From NCBI GenBank assembly GCA_035642315.1, contig DASQSQ010000093.1, positions 1 through 32,684 of the forward strand: a stretch of 32,684 nucleotides of DNA, written 5' to 3'. The notes below the pieces were generated by a model. The model was not told the DNA's origin, did no database searches, and saw nothing but the letters and a program-made list of their open reading frames with translations. Source of the DNA: Mycobacterium sp. (lineage in GTDB: Bacteria; Actinomycetota; Actinomycetes; Mycobacteriales; Mycobacteriaceae). Shown one piece after another: positions 6,913 through 16,162 of the stretch (positions within the stretch are counted from its first letter, which is position 1; each line of letters starts with the position of its first letter). The translations under genes were made by a program, and so were the position numbers.

Positions 6913-8448
6913 TCACCGTGCCTGCGTGGTCTGAGATTCGACTGAGATAACGTTCGCTGGAGTTGATGAGTTCCCCGAATTCGACGAATCAGAAACATCC
7001 GCCGCAGCAGCCTCGGGAGTCGGGTACTCCGAAGTCGGGATCGGCCGTCCCGGCAGTAATACATAGATTGACGTTCCTGGCGGTTGGCCGCCCGGCACGG
7101 TGTCTTCGACGCGCAGCGCCCCGCCGTGATTGAGGACGACCTGTTTGACGATCGCCAGCCCAAGACCCGAGCCGGGCATCGCGCGCGCCGTGGTCGAACG
7201 GAAGAACCGCTCGAACACCAGCGCACGCTCAGCCGTCGGGATCCCCGGGCCGTGGTCGGACACCACCAGCTCGGCGTGCGTCGCGTTCAGCGGCCGAAGC
7301 CGGATACCGACCGTCTCCCCCGACGGGCTCCACTTGGCGGCGTTGTCCATCAGGTTCAACACCGCGCGCGATAGGCCGGCGGAGTCGCCGTAGACCTGCC
7401 AGGGCGTCACGTCGACGTCGAACTCAATGTCGTTGCGGCGCCGTCGAACTCGCTCGAGGCTCCGGTCGACGACCTCGCCGATATCAACCGGCTCGTGCAC
7501 GACTTCGCCGGCGTCGCCTCTTGTGAGATCCACCAAATCACCGACCAGCGTTGACAATTCCTCAATCTGCGCGATCACGTCGGTGCGCAGATCGATCATC
7601 TCCTGTTCGGGTATTGGTGGCGCACCCGGTTGCGTTGAGGCCATCAGCAGTTCGATGTTGGTGCGCAGCGACGTCAGCGGAGTGCGCAGTTCGTGACCGG
7701 CATCGGCGACCAGCCGGGTCTGGCGTTCCCGAGATTCGGCCAGGGCTCGCAGCATCAGGTTGAACGCCTCGGTCAGCCGGGCCAGCTCATCGCTCCCGAA
7801 TACCGGGATCGGCCGTAGATCGTCGGTGCGGGCGACCCGCTCGGCCGCCTCGGTGAGCCGGCCCACCGGACGTAGACCGGCCTGGGTGACCATCCCGCCG
7901 GCAACCGCGGCCACACCGACGCCGACCCCGCCGACGATCAACAGCACCCAACGCAGCTTGGTCATCACCGCATCGGTAGGGGCCAGGCTCTTGGAGATCA
8001 GCAGCGAGCTCCCGTTCGGCAGGTGAACTGCCAACACCCGCTGACCGGCCGCGGTGCGCCGCGACATGAACAGGTCGCCGCGGATGACCGCCTTCTCCGG
8101 CGGCCCGACCGGCAGCGTCTGGCCCTCCTGGTTGGCCGTGAAGATCGATCGGCCGGGGTTCACCAGCATCGCGTTGACATCCGAATATGCAGTGCCCTCA
8201 ATGGCTTTCGCGGGATCGGCGGCCAACGATCCGCTGGCGATCAAAAGCTGGGCCCTGCTCTGCAGCTGGTTGTCGATGTCCTTGTACAGCGCCGCGGAGA
8301 TCACCGCGTACACCGCGACGGCCATCAGGACGACCACCATCGCCACCATCGACATCGCCAGCAGCATCACTCGCCACCGCAGCGACAACGAGGTGCTGGC
8401 TCGCAGTTGGGTTCGTTTTCGCCGGCGGAACGGGTTCTTCAGCGGCAT
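6913..8448 (-). CDS. mprB: Sensor histidine kinase MprB
   Basis: Two TM segments, HAMP, DAGHELRTPLT H-box, NLMDNAAKWS N-box, GSGLGLAIV G2-box. ATG 8448 overlaps the mprA TGA. Confidence 0.95.
   Translation of the reverse strand: MPLKNPFRRRKRTQLRASTSLSLRWRVMLLAMSMVAMVVVLMAVAVYAVISAALYKDIDNQLQSRAQLLIASGSLAADPAKAIEGTAYSDVNAMLVNPGRSIFTANQEGQTLPVGPPEKAVIRGDLFMSRRTAAGQRVLAVHLPNGSSLLISKSLAPTDAVMTKLRWVLLIVGGVGVGVAAVAGGMVTQAGLRPVGRLTEAAERVARTDDLRPIPVFGSDELARLTEAFNLMLRALAESRERQTRLVADAGHELRTPLTSLRTNIELLMASTQPGAPPIPEQEMIDLRTDVIAQIEELSTLVGDLVDLTRGDAGEVVHEPVDIGEVVDRSLERVRRRRNDIEFDVDVTPWQVYGDSAGLSRAVLNLMDNAAKWSPSGETVGIRLRPLNATHAELVVSDHGPGIPTAERALVFERFFRSTTARAMPGSGLGLAIVKQVVLNHGGALRVEDTVPGGQPPGTSIYVLLPGRPIPTSEYPTPEAAAADVSDSSNSGNSSTPANVISVESQTTQAR
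6931..6947 (-). promoter_or_regulatory. MprA box upstream of pepD, inside the mprB 3' end
   Basis: TCTCAG-TCGAA-TCTCAG tandem hexamer on the minus strand. Confidence 0.85.
6949..6974 (-). promoter_or_regulatory. SigE/SigH-type promoter for pepD
   Basis: GGAAC-N17-CGTT on the minus strand, adjacent to the MprA box. Confidence 0.7.
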
Positions 8449-9140
8449 CAGGGCGGTGTTTCGCGAAGCACGTAACCCACGCCTCGCACGGTGTGGATCA
8501 ATCGCGGCTCGCCGTTTGCCTCGGTCTTGCGACGCAGGTATCCGACGTACACTTCCAGCGCGTTGCCGGAAGTGGGAAAGTCGAAGCCCCACACCTCCTC
8601 GAGAATCCGGCTGCGGGTCAACACCCGTCGCGGATTGGCGATCAGCATCTCCAGCAGAGCGAATTCGGTGCGGGTGAGGCTGATCTGCCGTTGCCCACGC
8701 GTGACTTCACGCGTCACCGAATCCAGGGTGAGGTCCGCGAACGTCATGGCCACGGATTCGCCCGAGTCATCGATCGTGGTACGGCGCAGCAGGGCCCGCA
8801 TCCGCGCCAGCAGCTCTTCGAGAGCGAACGGCTTGGGCAGATAGTCGTCCGCGCCGGCGTCCAGACCGGCGACCCGCTCGGAAATCGTGTCGCGGGCGGT
8901 CAGCACCAGGATCGGTAGGTCGTCCCCGGTACTGCGCAGCTGGCGACACACCTCCAAGCCGTCCAGACGCGGCATCATCACGTCGAGAACCAGCGCATCG
9001 GGCCGGTCGGCCGTGATCATCTCGAGGGCTTCTACACCGTCTTCGGCTAACGCGACGGAGTAGCCATTGAAGGAGAGCGATCGGCGCAGTGACTCACGCA
9101 CCGCTCGGTCGTCGTCAACGACAAGAATTCGCACGGCCAC
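8448..9140 (-). CDS. mprA: OmpR-family response regulator MprA
   Basis: [23 protein letters not shown] and [11 protein letters not shown] motifs. Confidence 0.96.
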   Translation of the reverse strand: MAVRILVVDDDRAVRESLRRSLSFNGYSVALAEDGVEALEMITADRPDALVLDVMMPRLDGLEVCRQLRSTGDDLPILVLTARDTISERVAGLDAGADDYLPKPFALEELLARMRALLRRTTIDDSGESVAMTFADLTLDSVTREVTRGQRQISLTRTEFALLEMLIANPRRVLTRSRILEEVWGFDFPTSGNALEVYVGYLRRKTEANGEPRLIHTVRGVGYVLRETPP

Positions 9141-9157
9141 CAGTTTCGTCCAATCGC

Positions 9158-9174
9158 CTGAGAGCGCGCTGAGA
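9158..9174 (-). promoter_or_regulatory. MprA autoregulatory box
   Basis: TCTCAG-CGCGC-TCTCAG just upstream of the mprA start. Confidence 0.87.
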
Positions 9175-9259
9175 GGCGCAGGGGCTAATTGCCCAGCTCT
9201 TCAGCGGGCTGCGGCGCGGCCCGCGTCGTTGCTGGGCGGCAAAGTTCATGGCGAAAAAG

Positions 9260-9433
9260 TTAGCGGCGATCCAGGTCAATGAGGCCGAGGCGCGCCGCTT
9301 TGAGCAGTCGGCGCGGCACCTTGTGCTTCTGGCCGGCCACCGTCACACCGACAAGTTCGGGCTTGGCAGCTTTCCACTGCGCGCGCCGACTCCGGGTGTT
9401 CGCGCGCGACATCCTGCGCTTTGGCACAGCCAT
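9260..9433 (-). CDS. rpmF: 50S ribosomal protein L32 (Cys-free form)
   Basis: Not in the ORF track. Hand translation: [57 protein letters not shown] (57 aa). Confidence 0.95.
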   Translation of the reverse strand: MAVPKRRMSRANTRSRRAQWKAAKPELVGVTVAGQKHKVPRRLLKAARLGLIDLDRR

Positions 9434-9603
9434 AATCGGGCCTTACTACTGGTAGGGGGTCGCCGCACGAGCAGCCTCGATGGCGAAGTTACGACCAATT
9501 TGTAACCAATAATAGTCGGTGACCTGCTGGTCACAAAAATCGGCACCCATCGCGTCGCCGCCCGGCAGGGAGCATCCTTGACGTGACACCCGCGGCACCC
9601 GCT

Positions 9604-9619
9604 AACCTACCGGTTGGTT
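9604..9619. promoter_or_regulatory. Near-palindromic putative repressor operator upstream of the catabolic operon
   Basis: AACCTACCGGTTGGTT is 14/16 self-complementary and overlaps a TAACCT -10-like hexamer at 9603-9608. Confidence 0.5.
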
Positions 9620-9647
9620 GGTAACGGCCGTTGGAGGGAGGACACGC

Positions 9648-11342
9648 ATGGTGTCGGTGGTCCGAATCGGGAACTGTTCGGGGTTCTACGGCGACCGGCA
9701 CTCCGCGATGCGCGAGATGCTCACCGGCGGCGAGCTGGACTACCTCACCGGTGACTACCTGGCCGAGCTGACCATGCTGATCCTCGGCCGCGACCGGATG
9801 AAGCAGCCCGACCGTGGCTACGCCAAGACCTTCCTGACCCAACTCGAGGAGTGCCTCGGGCTGGCACACGACCGCGGCGTGCGCATCGTCGCCAACGCGG
9901 GCGGCCTGAACCCCGCGGGGCTGGCCGAGGCGGTGCGCACCCTGGCCGAGCGTGTGGGCGTGCCGGCGCGGGTCGCCCGCGTCGAGGGCGACGACCTTCT
10001 GGCGCGGGCCGAGGAGCTCGGGCTGGGGGCACCGCTGACGGCCAACGCCTACCTGGGCGCGTGGGGCATCGTCGACTGCCTGAACAGCGGCGCCGACGTC
10101 GTCGTGACCGGCCGGGTGACCGACGCGTCGGTGATCGTCGGCCCGGCGGCCGCGCATTTCGGCTGGGGCCGGAGCGACTATGACCAACTGGCCGGAGCCG
10201 TGGTCGCCGGCCACGTGATCGAATGCGGCATCCAGGCCACCGGCGGCAACTTCTCGTTCTTCACCGAAATCCCCGATCTGACGTATGCGGGTTTCCCGCT
10301 GGCCGAGATCCACGCCGACGGCTCGTCGGTGATCACCAAGCATCCAGGCACCGGCGGGCTGGTCAGTGTCGACACCGTCACCGCGCAACTGCTGTACGAA
10401 GTCACCGGCGCTCGCTACGCCAATCCGGACGCCACCGCGCGGATGGACACCATCGAGTTGTCCGCTGACGGCACCGATCGGGTGCGGATCAGCGGGGTGG
10501 TCGGCGAACCACCGCCGCCGACGCTGAAGGTCTCGTTGAACAGCATTGGCGGATTCCGCAACTCGATGACGTTCGTGCTGACCGGCCTGGACATCGAGGC
10601 CAAGGCGGAGCTGGTGCGCCGCCAGCTCGAGGCATCGATTACCGTCAAACCGTCCGAGCTGGAGTGGAGCCTGGCCCGCACCGACCACGCCGACGCCGAT
10701 ACCGAAGAAGCCGCCAGCGCGTTGCTGCACTGTGTTGTCCGCGACCCCGACCCCGCCAATGTCGGGCGCCAGTTCTCTTCTGCCGCCGTTGAATTGGCGC
10801 TCGCCAGCTACCCAGGCTTCACCGTCACCGCCCCGCCTGGCGACGGTCAGGTGTACGGGGTGTTCACCGCCGGCTACGTCGACGCGACGAAGGTGCCGCA
10901 TGTCGCCGTGCATGCCGACGGGACCGGGACTTTCATCCCCAGCGCCACTGAGACTTTGGAACTGGCGCCGGCCGATCCCCCGCCGCTACCCGAGCCGCTG
11001 CCCGCGGGGCCGACCCGGCGCGTGCCGCTGGGCCGGATCGCCGCCGCCCGCAGCGGCGACAAGGGCGGGTCGGCCAACGTCGGAGTGTGGGTGCGCACCG
11101 AGGAGCAATGGCGCTGGCTGGCCAACACACTCACCGTCGACATGCTCAAGACGCTGCTACCCGAGACGGCCGACCTGCCGGTCACCCGGCACCTGCTGCC
11201 CAACCTGCGCGCGGTCAATTTCGTCATCGAGGAGATCCTCGGCCAGGGCGTCGCGTACCAAGCGCGATTCGACCCACAGGCCAAGGGCCTGGGTGAATGG
11301 CTGCGCAGCCGCCACGTCGATATTCCGGAAGGGCTCTTGTGA
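9648..11342 (+). CDS. Acyclic terpene utilization AtuA-family protein (DUF1446; Rv0976c homolog)
   Basis: RIGNCSGFYGDR, DYLAELTM, ARSGDKGG and DPQAKGLGE motifs; GGAGGGAGG RBS before ATG 9648. Confidence 0.92.
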   Translation: MVSVVRIGNCSGFYGDRHSAMREMLTGGELDYLTGDYLAELTMLILGRDRMKQPDRGYAKTFLTQLEECLGLAHDRGVRIVANAGGLNPAGLAEAVRTLAERVGVPARVARVEGDDLLARAEELGLGAPLTANAYLGAWGIVDCLNSGADVVVTGRVTDASVIVGPAAAHFGWGRSDYDQLAGAVVAGHVIECGIQATGGNFSFFTEIPDLTYAGFPLAEIHADGSSVITKHPGTGGLVSVDTVTAQLLYEVTGARYANPDATARMDTIELSADGTDRVRISGVVGEPPPPTLKVSLNSIGGFRNSMTFVLTGLDIEAKAELVRRQLEASITVKPSELEWSLARTDHADADTEEAASALLHCVVRDPDPANVGRQFSSAAVELALASYPGFTVTAPPGDGQVYGVFTAGYVDATKVPHVAVHADGTGTFIPSATETLELAPADPPPLPEPLPAGPTRRVPLGRIAAARSGDKGGSANVGVWVRTEEQWRWLANTLTVDMLKTLLPETADLPVTRHLLPNLRAVNFVIEEILGQGVAYQARFDPQAKGLGEWLRSRHVDIPEGLL

Positions 11343-12487
11343 ACATTTGGGCCACGCCCGAACGTAACCAACTTCGTAAGACGGTGCGCTCATTCGCCGA
11401 GCGGGAGATCTTGCCCCACGTCGACGAGTGGGAACGGATCGGTGAGTTGCCGCGCGAGTTGCACCGCCGTGCCGGACAAGCCGGGCTGCTGGGGGCGAAC
11501 TTCCCCGAGGCGGTCGGTGGCGGCGGCGGCGATGGCGTCGACGCGGTCATCGTCTGCGAAGAGCTGCATGAGACCGGTGTCCCCGGCGGCGTGTTCGCGT
11601 CGCTGTTCACTTGCGGCATTGCGGTGCCGCACATGATTGCGTCCGGCGATGCCGGGCTGATCGAGAAGTTCGTCCGGCCGACGTTGGCCGGCGAGCTCAT
11701 CGGCTCGCTGGCCATCACCGAGCCCGGCGGAGGCTCCGACGTCGGCCACCTGCGGACTACGGCGACGCGGGCCGGCGATCAGTACATCGTCAACGGCGCC
11801 AAGACCTACATCACCTCCGGGGTGCGCGCCGACTACGTCGTCACCGCGGTGCGCACCGGTGGTCCAGGCGCCGCGGGTGTTTCGCTGCTGGCGGTCGAAA
11901 AGGGCACGCCGGGCTTTGAAGTCACCCGCAAGCTGGACAAAATGGGTTGGCGCTCCTCGGACACCGCAGAGCTGTCCTACATCGACGCCGCCGTGCCGGC
12001 GGCCAACCTGGTCGGCGCGGAGAACAGTGGCTTCGCCCAGATCGCACAGGCATTCGTTGCAGAACGTATCGCCCTTGCCGCGCAGGCATATTCGAGCGCA
12101 CAGCGGTGCCTGGACATCACCGTGCAGTGGTGCCGCGACCGCGAGACGTTCGGCCGGCCGCTGATATCCCGGCAAGCCGTGCAGAACACGCTCGCCGAGA
12201 TGGCCCGTCGCATCGATGTCGCCCGCGTCTACTCACGCAATGTGGTGGAGCGCCAACTGGCCGGCGAGACCAATCTGATCGCGCAGGTGTGTTTCGCCAA
12301 GAACACCGCCGTCGAGGCGGGCGAATGGGTGGCCAACCAAGCCGTCCAGCTGTTCGGCGGCATGGGATACATGTCCGAGTCCGAAGTCGAACGCCAGTAC
12401 CGCGACATGCGGATCATCGGCATCGGCGGCGGCACAACCGAAATCCTGACCTCACTGGCCGCGAAGACCTTGGGATTCCAATCATGA
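11339..12487 (+). CDS. fadE13: Acyl-CoA dehydrogenase FadE13
   Basis: LAITEPGGGSD, NGAKTYITSG, QLFGGMGY and IGGGTTEI motifs; GTGA overlap with the upstream gene; synteny. Confidence 0.9.
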   Translation: MNIWATPERNQLRKTVRSFAEREILPHVDEWERIGELPRELHRRAGQAGLLGANFPEAVGGGGGDGVDAVIVCEELHETGVPGGVFASLFTCGIAVPHMIASGDAGLIEKFVRPTLAGELIGSLAITEPGGGSDVGHLRTTATRAGDQYIVNGAKTYITSGVRADYVVTAVRTGGPGAAGVSLLAVEKGTPGFEVTRKLDKMGWRSSDTAELSYIDAAVPAANLVGAENSGFAQIAQAFVAERIALAAQAYSSAQRCLDITVQWCRDRETFGRPLISRQAVQNTLAEMARRIDVARVYSRNVVERQLAGETNLIAQVCFAKNTAVEAGEWVANQAVQLFGGMGYMSESEVERQYRDMRIIGIGGGTTEILTSLAAKTLGFQS

Positions 12488-12573
12488 TTCCTCCGCCTCC
12501 TCTCCCCCTCGCCGCTTCGCGGCTGGGGGTACCCCCACATCGCTCCGGCTTGCATCGTCGGCGGTGGCTATGA
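12484..12573 (+). repeat. MIRU-like interspersed repeat forming a 29-codon translational-coupling mini-ORF
   Basis: ATGA overlaps at both ends; encodes MIPPPPLPLAASRLGVPPHRSGLHRRRWL*. Reverse complement contains the GCCGACGATGCA...AGCGATG...GGGGGTACCCCC core typical of MIRUs. Confidence 0.8.
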
Positions 12574-14165
12574 CCGTCCTTCAGTCGACTCTCGATCCGA
12601 AAAGCAACGCCTACACCGAGGCGGCGTCGGCGGCGACGTCACGGCTCGACGAGATCGGCGCCGAATTCGCGAACGCGCTTGCGGGCGGCGGTCCTAAGTA
12701 CGTTGAACGCCACCACGCCCGCGGCAAGTTGACCGCGCGGGAACGCATCGAGTTGCTGGTCGACCCCGACTCCCCGTTCCTGGAGCTCAGCCCGTTGGCC
12801 GCGTGGGGCAGCGCCTTCACCGTCGGCGCCAGTACGGTCGCCGGTATCGGAGTGGTTGAAGGTGTCGAATGCTTGGTCGTCGCGAACGACCCGACGGTCA
12901 AAGGTGGCACCAGCAATCCGTGGACCCTGAAGAAAATCCTGCGGGCCAACCAGATCGCCTTTGAGAACCGGCTTCCGGTGATTTCACTGGTGGAATCCGG
13001 GGGCGCTGATCTGCCGACGCAGAAAGAGATCTTCGTTCCCGGCGGACGGATGTTCCGCGACTTGACCCGGCTGTCGGCGGCGGGCATTCCGACAATCGCG
13101 CTCGTCTTCGGCAACTCGACGGCCGGCGGCGCGTACATCCCCGGGATGTCCGACCACGTGGTGATGATCAAAGAACGCTCGAAGGTCTTTCTGGCCGGGC
13201 CGCCGCTGGTGAAGATGGCCACCGGCGAGGAGTCTGACGACGAGTCGCTCGGCGGCGCCGAGATGCATTCCCGCATCTCAGGTTTGGGCGACTACTTCGC
13301 CGTCGACGAACTCGACGCGATCCGCATCGGACGCCGCATCATCGCGCGGCTGAATTGGGCCAAACAGGGACCGGCACCCGGTCCGGTGACCGAGCCGCTG
13401 TTCGACGCCGAGGAACTGATCGGCATCGTGCCCGCCGACCTGCGCATCCCGTTCGATCCGCGGGAAGTGATCGCCCGCCTCGTCGACGGCTCCGAATTCG
13501 ACGAATTCAAAGCCATGTACGGCTCGTCGCTGGTCACCGGCTGGGCCCGGCTGCACGGCTACCCGCTGGGCATCCTGGCCAACGCGCGCGGTGTGCTCTT
13601 CAGCGAGGAGTGCCAGAAAGCCACCCAGTTCATCCAGCTGGCCAACCGATCCAACACGCCACTGTTGTTCTTGCACAACACCACCGGATACATGGTCGGC
13701 AAGGACTACGAAGAAGGCGGCATGATCAAACACGGATCGATGATGATCAATGCCGTCTCCAACTCCACGGTGCCACACATCTCGTTGCTGATCGGCGCGT
13801 CGTACGGCGCCGGGCACTACGGCATGTGCGGCCGGGCATATGACCCGCGATTCCTGTTCGCCTGGCCCAGCGCCAAAGCCGCCGTGATGGGCGGCGCCCA
13901 GCTGGCCGGAGTGTTGTCGATCGTCAGCCGCGCCGCCGCCGAGGCGCGCGGCCAAAAAGTCGACGAGGAAGCCGACGCGGCCATGCGGGCCGCTGTCGAA
14001 GGCCAGATCGAGGCCGAATCGCTACCGATGGTGTTGTCCGGAATGCTCTACGACGACGGGGTGATCGACCCGCGCGACACCCGCACCGTACTGGGAATGT
14101 GTTTGTCCGCCATCGCCAATGGCCCGATCAAGGGGACGTCGAACTTCGGCGTCTTCCGGATGTGA
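12570..14165 (+). CDS. accD2: Acyl-CoA carboxylase beta (carboxyltransferase) subunit AccD2
   Basis: RGKLTARERI, LVESGGADL, GNSTAGGAY, GASYGAG and YDDGVIDPRDTR motifs. Confidence 0.93.
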   Translation: MTVLQSTLDPKSNAYTEAASAATSRLDEIGAEFANALAGGGPKYVERHHARGKLTARERIELLVDPDSPFLELSPLAAWGSAFTVGASTVAGIGVVEGVECLVVANDPTVKGGTSNPWTLKKILRANQIAFENRLPVISLVESGGADLPTQKEIFVPGGRMFRDLTRLSAAGIPTIALVFGNSTAGGAYIPGMSDHVVMIKERSKVFLAGPPLVKMATGEESDDESLGGAEMHSRISGLGDYFAVDELDAIRIGRRIIARLNWAKQGPAPGPVTEPLFDAEELIGIVPADLRIPFDPREVIARLVDGSEFDEFKAMYGSSLVTGWARLHGYPLGILANARGVLFSEECQKATQFIQLANRSNTPLLFLHNTTGYMVGKDYEEGGMIKHGSMMINAVSNSTVPHISLLIGASYGAGHYGMCGRAYDPRFLFAWPSAKAAVMGGAQLAGVLSIVSRAAAEARGQKVDEEADAAMRAAVEGQIEAESLPMVLSGMLYDDGVIDPRDTRTVLGMCLSAIANGPIKGTSNFGVFRM

Positions 14166-14170
14166 CGCTG

Positions 14171-16162
14171 ATGGGAATCACTCGAGTTCTGGTTGCCAAC
14201 CGCGGCGAGATCGCCCGACGGGTATTCGCCACTTGCCGCCGGCTCGGACTGGGCACCGTCGCCGTCTACACCGATCCCGACGCCGCTGCGCCGCACGTCG
14301 CCGAGGCCGATGCCCGGGTCCGGCTGCCGCGGACAAACGACTACCTCAACGCCGAGGCGATCATCGCCGCGGCCCGCGCGGCCGGCGCCGACGCGGTGCA
14401 CCCCGGCTACGGATTCCTCTCGGAGAACGCCGAGTTCGCGGCTGCGGTGCAAAACGCGGGCCTGGTTTGGGTCGGACCGCCGGTCGACGCGGTGCGGGCA
14501 ATGGGCTCCAAGATCGAGTCGAAGAAGATGATGGCCGCCGCCGGCGTGCCGGTGCTCGATGAACTCGACCCGGACACGGTCACCGACGCCCAGCTGCCGG
14601 TGCTGGTCAAGGCCTCCGCAGGGGGCGGCGGTCGCGGGATGCGGGTGGTGCACGAATTATCCGCTCTCCCAGGTGAAGTCACTGCGGCCCGGCGAGAGGC
14701 GCAGTCTGCGTTCGGCGACCCAACCGTATTCTGCGAGCGCTACTTGCCCACCGGCCACCACGTCGAGGTCCAGGTGATGGCCGATACTCACGGGACGGTG
14801 TGGGCGGTCGGCGAACGGGAATGCTCGATCCAACGGCGTCACCAGAAGATCATCGAAGAAGCGCCGTCGCCGTTGGTCGAGCGCACACCGGGCATGCGGG
14901 CCAAGCTATTCGAGGCGGCCCGGCTGGCCGCCGGTGCGATCAGCTACACCGGCGCCGGCACGGTGGAATTCCTCGCCGACGATAACGGCGAGTTCTACTT
15001 CCTCGAAATGAACACCCGGCTACAGGTCGAGCATCCGGTCACCGAGGAAACCACCGGGCTCGATCTGGTCGAGCTGCAGCTGGCGGTGGCCGACGGCGGC
15101 CGACTGGACGCTGAACCCCCTGCCGCTCACGGGCATTCGATCGAAGCCCGGCTCTACGCCGAAGATCCCGCGCGCGGCTGGCAGCCGCAGGCCGGCGTCG
15201 TCGACATGTTCGAGGTGCCAGCCGAGCGCTCCGAGTTCTCGTCGCTTCAAGGGCGGACCGGCATCCGGCTGGATTCGGGCATCCTGGACGGGTTCGCGGT
15301 ATCGATTCATTACGACCCGATGCTCGCCAAGGTGATCTCGTACGCTCCGACCCGGCGGCAAGCGGCGCTGGTGCTTGCCGACGCGCTGGCCAGAACCCAC
15401 CTCCACGGTTTGCGCACCAACCGCGATCTGCTGGTCAACGTGCTGCGTCATCAGGCCTTCCTCGACGGCGCCACCGACACTGCGTTTTTCGATACGCACG
15501 GCTTGGCGCAGCTCTCCGCGCCGCTGGCCGACGCCGGCGTGATCCGACTGTCGGCGATCGCGGCGGCGCTCGCCGACGCCGCGCACAATCGCGCCACCGC
15601 CACCGTCCTCGGCTCGATTCCCAGCGGGTGGCGCAACCTGGCGTCGGGTTATCAGGTCAAGGTCTATCGGGATGACGCGGATGACGAGCACACCGTCAAA
15701 TATCGATTCACCAGAACGGGATTGATCCTCGCTGACGACGAGCCGGCACAGCTGGTCTCGGCGACCGAAGACGACGTCGTGTTGGCCGACGGCAACGGGG
15801 TGGCGTGTAGTTTCGCGGTCGCGCGCTATGGCCAGCACATCTATGTCGACTCGGCGCGCGGCCCCGTGCACCTGGTCGCGCTGCCGCGCTTCCCCGAGCC
15901 GGGCTCGGCCGTCGAGAAGGGCTCGCTGGTAGCGCCCATGCCCGGCAACGTCATCCGGCTCGGCGCCGCGGTCGGCGATACCGTCGCCTCCGGCCAGCCG
16001 CTGATCTGGCTGGAAGCCATGAAGATGGAGCACACCATCACCGCCCCGTCCGACGGCATGCTCGCCGAGCTCAACGTGGACACCGGCCAACAAGTCGAAG
16101 TGGGCGCCGTCCTGGCAAGGGTGGAATCGCCCGAAAGCTCATCAGAAGGAGAATCGCAATGA
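14171..16162 (+). CDS. accA2: Acyl-CoA carboxylase alpha subunit (biotin carboxylase plus BCCP) AccA2
   Basis: LVANRGEIA, HPGYGFLSEN, GGGGRGMR and EMNTRLQVEHPVTE motifs; EAMKME biotinylation site. Confidence 0.94.
   Translation: MGITRVLVANRGEIARRVFATCRRLGLGTVAVYTDPDAAAPHVAEADARVRLPRTNDYLNAEAIIAAARAAGADAVHPGYGFLSENAEFAAAVQNAGLVWVGPPVDAVRAMGSKIESKKMMAAAGVPVLDELDPDTVTDAQLPVLVKASAGGGGRGMRVVHELSALPGEVTAARREAQSAFGDPTVFCERYLPTGHHVEVQVMADTHGTVWAVGERECSIQRRHQKIIEEAPSPLVERTPGMRAKLFEAARLAAGAISYTGAGTVEFLADDNGEFYFLEMNTRLQVEHPVTEETTGLDLVELQLAVADGGRLDAEPPAAHGHSIEARLYAEDPARGWQPQAGVVDMFEVPAERSEFSSLQGRTGIRLDSGILDGFAVSIHYDPMLAKVISYAPTRRQAALVLADALARTHLHGLRTNRDLLVNVLRHQAFLDGATDTAFFDTHGLAQLSAPLADAGVIRLSAIAAALADAAHNRATATVLGSIPSGWRNLASGYQVKVYRDDADDEHTVKYRFTRTGLILADDEPAQLVSATEDDVVLADGNGVACSFAVARYGQHIYVDSARGPVHLVALPRFPEPGSAVEKGSLVAPMPGNVIRLGAAVGDTVASGQPLIWLEAMKMEHTITAPSDGMLAELNVDTGQQVEVGAVLARVESPESSSEGESQ

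Noticed and set aside
8449-8592. N-terminal extension of MprB in the ORF track
   Set aside because: Overlaps mprA; the TGATG-coupled ATG at 8448 is more plausible.
9518-9535. Possible CRP site (GTGA...TCAC)
   Set aside because: The spacer is 8 nt rather than the 6 nt required.
9434-9540. Possible Zur box upstream of the Cys-free L32 gene
   Set aside because: No match to the mycobacterial TTGAAAATnATTTTCAA-type palindrome was seen.
9531-10913. 460-aa minus-strand ORF and similar long antisense ORFs (15020-16093, 23820-24878, 27522-28664)
   Set aside because: They lie opposite well-supported genes, have no recognisable motifs, and are expected in high-GC DNA.
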